A stretch of 64,000 nucleotides of DNA, from the NCBI GenBank assembly GCA_024679065.1, contig JAGIQG010000011.1, positions 44,454,001-44,518,000 of the forward strand. The letters run 5' to 3'. The notes beneath the pieces were generated by a model. The model saw only the letters and a list, made by a program, of their open reading frames with translations. It did no database searches and was not told the DNA's origin. Shown here one piece after another: positions 51,305-62,830 of the stretch; positions within the stretch are counted from its first letter, which is position 1, and every line of letters starts with the position of its first letter. The translations under genes were made by a program, and so were the position numbers. The DNA is from Sphyrna mokarran. Taxonomy: Eukaryota.

Positions 51305-53803
51305 AATGTTGCAAGAAAGATATGTGCCAGCTAAGAGGAAAGATAGGAAACGTAGGATGAGAGAGCTGTGGATTACTAGGGATATTGAGGATTTGGTTAG
51401 GAAGAAAAGAGAGGCGTATGAAAGGTCGAAGCAGCTGGGAACAGAGACAGTGTTGGAGGAATATAGAGAGAGTAGGAGGGAGCTCAAACGGGGCGTTAGA
51501 AGGGCAAAAAGGGGGCATGAAATGGTTTTGGTGGATAGGATTAAGGAAAATCCAAAGGCTTTTTACTCCTATGTTAGGAATAAAAGGGTGGTTAGAGGAA
51601 AAATAGGACCTCTTAGGGACAGAGGAGGGGAACTGTCCTTAGAGCCCGAGGGAATGGGGGAGATCCTGAATTAATGCTTTGCATCGGTATTCACGAAGGA
51701 GAGGGCTTGTTGACAGCTCCTGTCTCTGAGGGAGCTGTGGACCAGTTGAGGGAACTATCCATACCGAGGGAGAAAGTGTTAGAGCTTCTAGGTAGCATTA
51801 AAACAGAAAGATCTCAGGGGCCTGATGGCATTTATCCCAGGCTGCTTAGGGAGGTGCGAGGTGAAATTGCTGAGCCTCTGACGCAAATTTTTGTCTCTTC
51901 TTTGGTCACAGGTGAGGTCTCAGAGGACTGGAGATTAGCTAATGTTGTACCGTTGTTTAAAACCCTGGAAATTATAGGCTGGTGAGTTTGACGTCAGTGG
52001 TAGGGAAGTTGTTGGAGGGGATTCTTAGAGATAGGATGTATAGGCACTTACAGTGTTGCGATCTGATTAGGGATACACAGCATGGATTTGTTAAGGGGAG
52101 GTCGTGCCTTACAAATCTGGTAGAATTTTTTGAGGAGGTGACGAAAACGCTTGACGAAGGGCACGCCGTTGATGTCGTCTATATGGATTTCAGTAAGGCT
52201 TTTGACAAAGTCCCTTATGGGAGGTTAGTTGAAAAGGTCAAGGCTCATGGGAAAGAAGGACAGGTAGCTAAATGGATAAGTAACTGGCTTGGTAATAGGA
52301 GGCAGAAAGTACTAGTGGAAGGGTATTTTTCAAGCTGCAAGTCGGTCACTAGTGGTGTGCCACAGGGCTCGGTACTGGGACCTCTTCTATTTGTAATATA
52401 TATAAATGACTTGGAAGAGGGAGTAAGTGGAGTGATCAGCAAGTTTGCAGACGATACAAAGATGGCTGGACTTGCGGATAGTGAGGAGCATTGTCAGGCG
52501 ATGCAGCAGGACATAAATAGGCTGGTAGCTTGGGCAGACAGATGGCAGATGGAATTCAATCCTGATAAATGTGAGGTGATGCATTTCGGGAGAAAGAATG
52601 TAGGGGGGAGGTATATGATAAAGGGTAGACCTATTAAGAGTATAGAAACGCAGAGGGACCTGGGGGTGCAGGTGAACAAGTCTCTGAAGGTGGCAGAGCA
52701 AGTGGAGAAGGTTGTGAAGAAAGCATATAGTATGCTAGCCTTTATAGGAAGGGGTACAGAGTACAAGAGCTGGCCTTTAATGTTGCAGTTGTATAAAACG
52801 TTGGTTAGACCTCATTTGGAATACTGCGTCCAGTTCTGGTCGCCTTACTACCGGAAGGACATGGAGACTCTGGAGAGAGTGCAGAGGAGGTTTACCAGGA
52901 TGCTGCCTGGTATGGAAGGTCTGAGTTACGAGGAGAGGTTAGGCAAATTGGGGCTGTTTTCCTTAGAAAGACGTAGACTTAGAGGAGATCTAATAGAGGT
53001 GTACAAGATTATGAGGGATATAGATAGAGTAAACAGGGTTAAGCTTCTTCCTAGGATGGACTTAAATAGCACGAGGGATCATGGGCTTAGGGTGAGGGGG
53101 TTAAGGTATAATTTGGATGCTAGAGGGAGTTTTATCACATAGCGGGTGGTGGTGTATGGAATGCACTGCCAAGTAAAGTGGTGGAGGCAGGCACTCTGGA
53201 GTTATTTAAGAAATACTTAGATGGGCACATGAACAGAATGGGAATGGAGGGGTGTAGAAAACTGGTTTAAAATAGGGATCATGAGCCTTGGGAATCCCTG
53301 GGAAGTGTGTAAATAGGTGATGATATTTATGTTCTTGTTTTTATCCTACAGGTGCTTTGGTCCACCTTGTTGTCTAACAATGGGCATACACGCGATAGGT
53401 CGTGAGAGGGCTGCTCTTGGATTTTTCAAGAGTATCCTCGTGCTTCATGTCGTTAGTGTACGCTTGACCTGGACCATTTGTTGGGCAACACGACAGCTCA
53501 GTGACTATCGCTGCGCTGTGCGGATACATGGATTTGGGCCTGTGTCTGTGGGAGTTTGCACATTCTCCCCATGCTTGCGTGGGTTTTCTCCGGGTGCTCC
53601 GGTTTCCTCCCACATCCCAAAGATGTGCTCTTAGACTAATTGACAAAACAAATTTTCCCTAAATTGTCTCAAATTTGCTTTTTAATCCTTAGATGTATAA
53701 ACATAGACAGGGATCATGAGTAGAGGTGGGAACATCGGGATGGCGGTGCGGGCTCGTTGGGCTGAAAGGCCGGTTTCCCGTGCTGTTTTGTTCTTTGTTC
53801 TTT
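51305..53803 (+). mobile_element. Young 5'-truncated CR1 LINE with near-complete RT and extended V-SINE-containing 3' UTR
   Basis: ORF 51982..53142: QHGFVKGRSCLTNL, DFSKAFDKVP, GVPQGSVLGP, KFADDTK. A few frameshifts or stops. (TTCTTTG)n tail. Confidence 0.97.
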
Positions 53804-53814
53804 ATTTTTCCCTC

Positions 53815-53910
53815 TGTTCACTGAGTGTGGGTGTTGCTAGCTGAAGCCGCATTTGTTCCCCATCCCTAATTACCACTGAACTGAATGGTTTGCTCGACCA
53901 TTTCAGAAGG
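53815..53910 (-). mobile_element. 3' tail of Daphne-like SINE/LINE family
   Basis: gcatttgttccccatccctaatt is the reversed family tail. Confidence 0.6.
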
Positions 53911-54921
53911 TGGGGCATTCCTTGTGTCTTGTCTGAGTCCATTGTTGACTAATTGAAAGAGATTAATAGCTATTAGTTAACAACGCCTTATCATTGCATC
54001 ATACGATTCTCAGAATATTAGACTGCTAAGTCATGGGTACCAAATTCCTAATTGCCTATCACCCATATGTAGCTAATTTTTTATTGAAGTTGTAGATTTG
54101 TTCTCAGTCTGGTATTAGAAGGTGTGGACACTAATGCTAATAGCCTTGTTCTTTTGGCTGTAGTTTATTCTTAGTATAATTTTTGCTTTTGGTAGCAGGA
54201 GGAAGTAACCTCTCCTGAAATCTCTTCATTACACATGCCTCATTCATATAGTCTGTGAATATTATAAAGATTTTATTCATTCCAAGTCTGTTCATTTGTT
54301 GATGTCTACATTTTTGCTATGGCAGTCTATGGCACCAAAAACCACATCTTGTCAATATTTATTGACAAGTAATTAAAGTTATTTAATTACTTATTAAATT
54401 TATTAAATTTATTAAAGTTTATTTAAAGATGGCCGTCCATCCTCAGTGGGAGGGTTGGCCATTCAACAATCTCAACATCTAAAAGATGAGGATGCTATTG
54501 AAGCATGATGCCTTCCCAATCAGCTAATTGAGATCTGGGGCACAAGGCCAAGCTGGCACGCTCCAGGGAGGCAGAGTTATTGGTGATGGGTGATGGAAGG
54601 TTACTGTGGAATTGGCCATTGCTGCGAAGATGCCTTCCAAATAGGCAGACACCAGTTGCCAGGCCTACTGGGAGGCAACCAGGTTTCAACATGGTACAGG
54701 CCTCCAGTTCCCCTACCCCTATCACTGTTAAACTGTCAATGACAGCAAGAAGAGACTTGTCATTGGTGTCTGTGTGTGAGGTCATCTGCCACCTTCCCCA
54801 CCACTAGCAAGGTGGAGTCATGGATGTGCTACCTTACCTTTCGGCACCATTTTATTCCTCCCACCACACCCCCATGAACATCCTCTTCTCCCTATGCACA
54901 TAGCACTGCAATTGAGTACAT

Positions 54922-55046
54922 CGCCGGAATTCTACTGCCCCACCTGCCACAGAATTGGAGTGGGCGAGGGATGGACAATGGAAATGTCCATTGACCTTGG
55001 GCAGGATTTTCCAGTCTCGCTCAAGCAAGGCTGTAAAATCCTGTCC
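54922..55046. mobile_element. ~125-bp MITE, same family as 45319-45446
   Basis: gccggaattcta...gtaaaatcctgtcc. Internal hairpin 54999-55046 has 19 of 23 positions complementary. Confidence 0.65.
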
Positions 55047-55109
55047 ATTATCTGTTTCAGTACTTTTGCTGGAGGGGTTAAATATTGGTCAGCATAGCGA
55101 AAACAACTT

Positions 55110-55294
55110 CCCAATCTTTAGGTAATGCCATTAGATCTTTAAACACAGTTTAAGATCTCTTCCCAAATACAACACTCCCTCAGTAGTCTGGAGTGTCAGC
55201 CTTGATTTTGTGATTAAATTTCTGGCATGGGACTTGAACCCACAACTTTGTGACTCACAGGAAAGAGTGAAACCATTGAGTCACAACTGACACC
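55110..55294 (-). mobile_element. Deu-domain SINE (SacSINE1-like), decayed
   Basis: Minus strand reads gtgactcaatgg...gggttcaagtccc...ggctgacactccag.ctactgagggagtg (tRNA head plus start of Deu domain). Confidence 0.7.
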
Positions 55295-57049
55295 ATATAA
55301 AGGATTCCTAGTCTCCCAGCAACTACACAGAAACATTCTTTCCCTGGCTAATACTTAATGATTCACAAATCCTGTATGTGCCAATTTCTTGTCTCACAGG
55401 AGAAGTAGAAGCAATTATTTTTTGCACAAGGAGTACAAAAATCTTTAATGGCTGTGCACATGATATTACATAAAGATATTAATTCATTAAGGGTTGAGGA
55501 GCTTTCTGATTCTATATTTATTTTGTATTTTGTTTCTCTGATTGGTAAGATTAATATGTACACATATTTGCCTTCTTAAAAATCACAGCAAAAATAGGTC
55601 AGCAGAGATGTCATCTGACAATAACCATTTTAATCAGACATCTGTGCTCTGGGTGTTTCCAATGACTGGGACAACTGTTATTCATCTTTGAACTACTTTT
55701 AGACACAGCAGTGTTGTCAGATTCCTCTATGTTGTATCCGCAGGATTATATCAGATACTTTAATAAAAAGTTTTAAAAAAATGAAATAGAAGTATTTATT
55801 GCGAAGATATTTTAGAATCAAAGGCGAGAATTTTATGAATGATGTTGCACACAGCGAGTGGGAGCAGAAGCAGCAACATTTTTCGCTTCCGTCCGAGATC
55901 AATCAAGGAACACAATTAAGTGCTGACCAGTACGACATGTGTCCAGATAGGGTCGGTGGTGAAGGGCGACATGTCCAATGGCAGTCTGGTAGGAAGTTTA
56001 GAGGCAGCTGCAGGAAACCACTGAAGTTATTGGAGGCAAAGGAAGGTCTGTAACATAGTGCCAGCAGCACCCGGGAGGGCACTTCAGATTACACCTCTTT
56101 CCATGTGGGTTAAGGCTGGAGAGATCAGACACCCTGAGTGCATCAAAGAGTCAGGTGTGCAACAGCATTAGGAACATCTGCACATTTTGCAGGAGTGGAG
56201 AGAGGTGATATGGTGCTGGAGGTGGAAAGTTCAGTACTGAATGGAGCTTGCACTCGCAGGAAGAACATAGTGATAATAACACCAAGAGATCTACCACTAG
56301 TGGTGAGGTGACAAAGCTGGAAATCCCCCCACCTCTGAGCTGTGAGCCATGGGACTCAAGTGTGAGTGAGTAATCTCCTCAGATCATGGAGAGGCTGGTG
56401 TCTCTGAGGAACGTAAGAGCCTATTAGGTAGACATAAGACAGGCAGGGAATGAAAAGAATGAATGATTGTCTCATCCCTCAGAAGGACTTTAGGAAAACA
56501 ATGCTCAGTGATGCACCAAAGCCACTGTAATATAACAGATATCACTCAGACCTGGCCATATATCATGGACGTTGACTATGGGTGAAATGACTAATATTAC
56601 TGACCAATTAATTTTCTCCCTCTGATGAGCCATCCTCTAGAGCCAACCAGCTGACACTGGAGGACTATGCTTTGGTACATGCTCTTTCTGCACCAAACAT
56701 CAATATGGATATTGGCACTTTGGTGGACAATAGTGTGTTGTCTCAATTGGTGATCCACAGTGGTCAGGGCTGCTCTTTGGTGGAAGCAAGCCTTGACAGC
56801 TCAGCTGAAGGAATGCTGAAACAAGGCCTCCCTGGTGTCCCTACTTCACAAAAGGTTTCTTATTTCAGCTTCTTCTTCCTCACCATCTGCCTGCCTGGAC
56901 TGTTTATCTGAGCCTTCTCTGAGGCAGACACATCTGCATCAATACTATATTTTTAGCAAATCTATTGTCATCTCCACCATTGCCCTCGTAAAGTAATGAC
57001 AGCAATGGTACCTTTCCTCAGCTTTAGTCTTTAGGCGCCTGTGTGAAGT

Positions 57050-57800
57050 CATGAAGTCATTTTCAAGAGATACCCCATATCATCCAGTAACCACTGGTCA
57101 AGATGAGCTAGAGCCGCAAACAGCCTTGGCACCTATGAGTGGCTCAATATATAGGCATTGTGGCAACTGCCAAGGTATCTTGTACAAACTTGCAAAATCT
57201 AGAACCTGTGGTTGCACATGATTTGAACACTGATACAGTGAAACTCCTTTCTACTGACAAAGGCATCTGGTTGGCGCCTTGATGGCCACATGGGTGCAAT
57301 CTAGTGTTACCCTGGATTGGGAGAATCTTGTAATTGCAGCAAATCGCCTGGCCCACTTAGTGTGGCTGGCTTGGAAAGTACCGAAATGGATGAATTTGCT
57401 CACCTGCCGAAAAAGAACATCAGCAATCAGCTAGACATAGCTATGCACAGCTGACTGGGAGACTCCACAAAGATCACTGGTCAATCCTGGAAAGATCCAG
57501 AGATATAAAGGTTAAGTATGACAATAACCTTGAATGGACATTGGACATGTCAATGGACATTGGGTGTCACACAATTGGAAGCTATCTCTGGCCCAATCAT
57601 CTGACAAATGACCTTGTGACACTGGACATCTGTCATGTCCAGGTAGTTGGATCACTACCTGTACATCTTTGGGTAGTGGCATCTTCAGCAGGGTGTCTCC
57701 CTTGCCCTCCCTGCTGGCCCTGAACACTCTGTACTTGCAATTCTTCTCTGAGGTAATACAGCAATCATCTGGCTTCCTCAAGTCTTTGGCCGCTGTCTTC
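57050..57800 (-). mobile_element. PIF/Harbinger transposase relic, likely within a larger decayed element (~55820-58250)
   Basis: Minus strand reads LDCTHVAIKAP...FVSRKEFHCISVQ, matching the HARBI1-type DCTH motif. Confidence 0.75.
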
Positions 57801-58314
57801 CTTACAGGAAGTGCTCCCAACTGAATAGACAAGACCCACCAGCAGAAATGCAAATGGAGCCAACTCACGCAGTGAGGATGCCAAAGGTGCATGTCAGAGA
57901 GATGTCACAAGACTGAAATGTCCCAAAAACTCTAGGCAAAATGCACAAACCTCAAAAGAAAGCAATGAAAATGTTCACAATGCTCTAGTCTAAGCCCCCA
58001 TCAAACTCAGTAACTTCTACCAACTCAGTCTGTCATTGCTCCTGCCCCTTTTATTCAACTCTTGGATGACAAATGGCAAAAATAGCTTGTCTGCCTGTCC
58101 ATGTTGCTTGTGCAGTGACCTAGAAATGGCACGGGTGATGTCAAATCCAGGTCAATGGAATTTTAGTCCTCTCAATTAACTTCTTAATTGTCAGTGGACA
58201 TGCATCTGATTCGCACTCATACCCACTGACAGAACTATTGTACGAGTGTGATCAAATAGTATGAAGCATAATATTCAAAAGAAGAGCCATTTGTTCCTTA
58301 ATATTTGCCATTTT

Positions 58315-58460
58315 CTTGATCAGTAAGGGGATCGAATGTTGCAGGAAGAAGAACAGGAGAATGAGGATGAGAATCATATCAGCATGAATTAATGGTGATT
58401 AATGGTGGCAAACTTTATGGCCAAATGGTCTAATTGTACTCCTATGTCTTATGGTCGTAT
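58315..58460 (+). mobile_element. CR1 3' UTR fragment
   Basis: ggccaaatggtctaattgtactcctatgtcttatg terminal motif. Confidence 0.6.
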
Positions 58461-58484
58461 ATAAACACAATTGGTCTTAGTGTC

Positions 58485-59822
58485 ATAGAGTTATAGAGGT
58501 TTATAGCATGGAAATAGGTCCTTCGGCCCAACCTGTGCTGCCCTTATACATTTTTTTAAAACTCCTAAGCTAAACCCAATTGCCTGCATTTGGCCCATAT
58601 CCTTCTATATCCATCATACCTATGTAACTATCTAAATGCTTTTTAAAAGATAAAATTGTATCCGCCCCTATTATTTCTTCTGGCAGTTTGTTCCAGACAC
58701 TCACCACCCTCTGTGTGAAAAAGTCGCACCTCTGGACATTTTTGCATTTCTCCCCTCTCACTTTAAACCTCTGCCCTCTAGTTTTAGACTTCTCTACCTT
58801 TGGGAAAAGATATTGACTATCTATTTTGTCTATGCCCCTCACTATTTTATAGACCTTATAAAGTCTCCATACAGCCTCCTACGTTCCAGAGAAAAAAGTC
58901 CCAGTCTTTCCAGCCTCTCCTTATAATTTAAGCCATCAAATCCCGGTAACATGCTGTAAATCTTTTCTGCACTCTTTCTGGTTTAATAATATCCTTTTTA
59001 TAATAGGGGACCAAAATTGCACACAGTATTCCAAATGTAGCCTTACCAATGTCTTGTACAACTTCAACAAGATGCCCCAATTCCTGTATTCAACGTTCTG
59101 ACCGAACAAACCAAGCATGCCGAATGCCTTCTTCACCACCCTGTCCACCTGTGACTTTACATTCAAGGAGCTATGAACATGTACTCCTAGATCTTTTTGT
59201 TCTGTAACTCTCCCCAACGCCCTACCATTAACTGTGAAAGTCCTGCCCTGGTTCAATCTACCAAAATGCATTACCTTGCATTTGTCTAAATTACACTCCA
59301 TCTACCATTTGTCAGCCTACTGGCCAGTTGATCAAGATCCCACCACAATTGGAGATAACCTTCCTCACTGTCCACCAATCTTGGTATCATCTACAAACTT
59401 AGTAACCATGCCCCCTATATTCTGATCCAAATCATTAATATAAATGATAAATAACAGTGGGCCCTGTACTGATCCTTGAGGCATACCACTGGTCACAGGC
59501 CTCCAGTTTGAAAAACAACTCTCTACAAACACCTCTGTCTTCTGTCAAGAAGCCTATTTTGTATCCATTTAGATATCTCATCCCAAATCCCATGATATTT
59601 AAGTTTATGCAACAACCTACCATGTGGTACCTTGTCAAAGGCCTTGCTAAAGACAACATCAACTGCACTGCCCTTATCTACCTTCTTGATTACCCCTTCA
59701 AAAAACACAATTAAATTTGTGAGACATGATTTTCCACTCAAAAGTCATGCTGATTGGCCCAAATCAGTCCTTGCATCTCTAAATGTCTGTAGATCCTATC
59801 TCTCAAAATACCTTCCAATAAC
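58485..59822 (-). mobile_element. CR1 LINE (RT to 3' end), same family as 244-978
   Basis: ORFs 59523..59741 (SCLTNLIVFF, FSKAFDKVPH), 58936..59301 and 58570..58842 (FFTQRVVSVWNKLP). Confidence 0.93.
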
Positions 59823-61174
59823 TGGTAAGTATATGAGTTCCTTGCACCTTTCATTAAGCCTCATTCTTTTCCTTAATCACATGCATATTTGTTTAGTTTC
59901 CCTTTCTCATAATGCAAATTGAATATTTCCACACTCTTGGCATTGCTCATTGTCGATCGTATTTTGGTCTCAAGCATATTTTTCTGTCAAACTTGAAAAA
60001 TAACTCAATCTGGATCTATATGACAAAATCTAATCAGCTCCAGAATTTCTTTTGTGCAAATTGTATTAAAGAGATTCTTGCTGTGGCACATTCTCTGATT
60101 TCATTAAATTTCTGACCAGTTCCCTCTCTCCCTGATTCCCCACCATCACTTTCACACACATGACAGATATAGTGCAAGATGGCTTCTGGGGAATTTGAAT
60201 TCAGTTCATTAAATAAATCTAGAATCAGAATCTCATCAACCTGTTGGATTATCGTTATAAAATTTGGTTCACTTATACTCTTTAGAGAAAAAAATCAGCT
60301 GTCCTTACTCCACCTGACCTATGTGTGACTCCAGACAAACAGCAAAGTGGTTGGCAATTATCTGCCCTCTGAAAAGGCTGAACAAGACGCTCAGTTGCAC
60401 CAAATGACTACAACAAAGCTCAATAAAAGTAAAACCAGATACAATACTAGCATTGATTTAGGTACTGAAAATGACAGTGCATATCCTGCCCAGTTAACCT
60501 CACAAAATCCTCTGCGTTAATTTCTGAGGATTTGTATCAAAACTGGGCAAACTATCCCATAGGCTAGTCAAACAATCTGACACAGATATGATTCTGTGAC
60601 TATGGCTTTCAGCCAACATCGCAGATTCCTCTATTACAGTCCCTAGGAATGTTCTGTGCCATTTGCAGGACAGATCCAAAAGAGATGACAGCAAAGTGGT
60701 AAGTAGTCAGGATGAAATGGCCCTGAAGGTCTGAACATGGACTCCAGATCCCATGAGGTGTTATGGTCAAAAATGGACAAGGAAATCTCCTGATGATTAC
60801 CATATATCATTCTGCCTCATTTGACGAACCACTCCTCCATTTTGAACACCATTTGGAGAAAGTTTGCAGTCCCTGATGATTACAGCATCCAGTTTATCTG
60901 TGCAAAAGATAAGTTTGAAATATTTTCAAGCATCTTTAGTCATTAGCATTAAAAGATGATCCATTTTAGTCTCCTCTTGAGGTGCCCAAAAGAACGCAAA
61001 TCACTCCACGTGATATCAAGAATCAGCTAAACACATTTGATGTAGCAAAGGTTATGACCCTTGACAAAATCCTGACTACAATACAGACTTTTTATTGGCT
61101 GAAGTCATATCTAGCATGAAGGATGATGGTTGTGGTTGCTGGAGGTATTATTCAAATTAGTCCCAAGACATTTA

Positions 61175-61495
61175 GGGTGGCATAGTGGCACAGTGGTTAG
61201 CACTGGTGCCTCATAGCACCAGGGACCCTAGTTTGATTTCCGGCTTGGGCCATTCGATGTGGAGTTTGCACCTTCTCCCTGTGTCTGACAAGTATCTTCC
61301 TTTGAGTGCCCTGGTTTCCTCCCACAATTCAAAGATGTGTGGGTCAGGTGGATTGACCATGCTAAATTGCCTTAATGTCAGGCAGATTAGCTAGAGTAAA
61401 TGTATGGGAGTATGGGTAAAGGCCTGGGTGGGATTGTGATTGGTATAGACTTGATAGGCCGAATGTCTCCTTCTACACTGTAGGATTGTATGTAT
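61175..61495 (+). mobile_element. HE1-like V-SINE, CR1-type tail
   Basis: A box tggcacagtgg, V-core and tail. gacat occurs on both flanks (possible TSD). Confidence 0.88.
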
Positions 61496-61674
61496 ATGTT
61501 TATGACATCCCCACAGGAGTTCTTCAGAGCATTGTCCTGGTCTAAACATTTTCATCTGTTTCCCAGAGGTCAGAATTAAAGATGCTTCTTCATTATCATA
61601 TTCAGTTCCATTCACACTTAACGCAGAGCCAGTGATTGTCTCCACCAAGAGAGAATCCAACCACTTCCCCTTAA

Positions 61675-62830
61675 CAGGAACAGATATAGGCCATTTAGCC
61701 TTTTGAATCTGTTCTGCCGTTTAGTTAGATTATAGCTGACTTTATCCTAACTTCATATATCTTCATTTAGCCCATATCCCTCTGATCTCTTTGGCTAACA
61801 AAAATCTGTCAGTTTTAAAATTAACAAATAATCCAGCATCAATTGTTACTTGTGGAAGAGTAACAAGAGTAACAATCCAAAATTCTACTGTCCTTTACAT
61901 GAAGATAAGTTCCTAATTTCACTCCTGAAATCTAGCTGTAATTTTTAAACAATGCTTCCAGTTCTATAATCAGCAACCTGTAGAAATCTTTGATTCTATC
62001 CTATCAGTTCCTCTTAGTAGCTCAAAACTTCAACACCTGCAACCTTCAATATTCGAAGGAATATATCTTTAGTTTGTGCAAGCTATGCTCGTAGCTTAAC
62101 CTTTGGAGTCCAGATAACTGATAGATCTGTTTCGTAACTGCTTTGAGCCCTAGGTATCCTTTCTGCGATGTGTTCTCAGACCTGTTTACAATGCTCCAGG
62201 TGTGTTGAAACAGACTTTATATAGCTGAAGCCTGACTTGTACTTCCTTGTATTCTATTCCGCGAATTCTAAAGGTCTGCAATTTATTAGCCTTTTTGATT
62301 AGTTTGTTTCTTTTTTTGACATTTTAATATTGTGTGTGCATGAAACTCAAGTCTCTTCAAACCTTCACTATTTCTATTTTTTCATTATTATTGTGTATTT
62401 ATAGTGATGAGCAGCACTGAAACTGTTTTAAAATAAACTTTAAAATAATGCATGCATGATGACTTCAGAGGTGATATCATCGACCATTTGTGTGGGTAAT
62501 GGCGCAGATTAAGATCGTAGCCTGTAATGAACTTAGTTTGTTGAATTTCCGTGGCCTCCTAGCCTCTCCTGCAAACACCACAACAGTTTAGAAAGTAAAC
62601 CTTTTTATCCTTTCTAGGTCCAGAGATGATAATTTTACATGATCATGTAGTGAAATCCATTTACCACAGTTTTGGCCTCTCAATTAATCTATCAATATTC
62701 CTTTGTAATTTTATCCTTCCATCTGCACTGCTCACGGAATTGTCTATCTTTGTATCACCAGCAAATTTAGATCTGGAGTCTTCTACTCTATTATCTAAAT
62801 TAGTGAATAGTTGAGGCCACAACATAGATC
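61675..62830 (-). mobile_element. Old CR1 3' portion, interrupted at ~62400-62590
   Basis: Reversed terminus aggccatttagcc at 61688. Reversed KFAGDTKI (FADDTK-like) at 62745-62770. Confidence 0.7.

Noticed and set aside
53358-53490. HDV-like ribozyme in the CR1 3' UTR
   Set aside because: The P1/P2 order is similar, but there is no short P3/L3, P1.1, P4 or J4/2 catalytic segment.
54370-54428. AT-rich (ttattaaat)n stretch
   Set aside because: Ordinary low-complexity slippage repeat.
62400-62590. C/D-box snoRNA (GTGATGA...CTGA) in an unexplained insert within an old CR1
   Set aside because: The boxes are only 6 nt apart and there is no terminal stem. More likely a small TE fragment.
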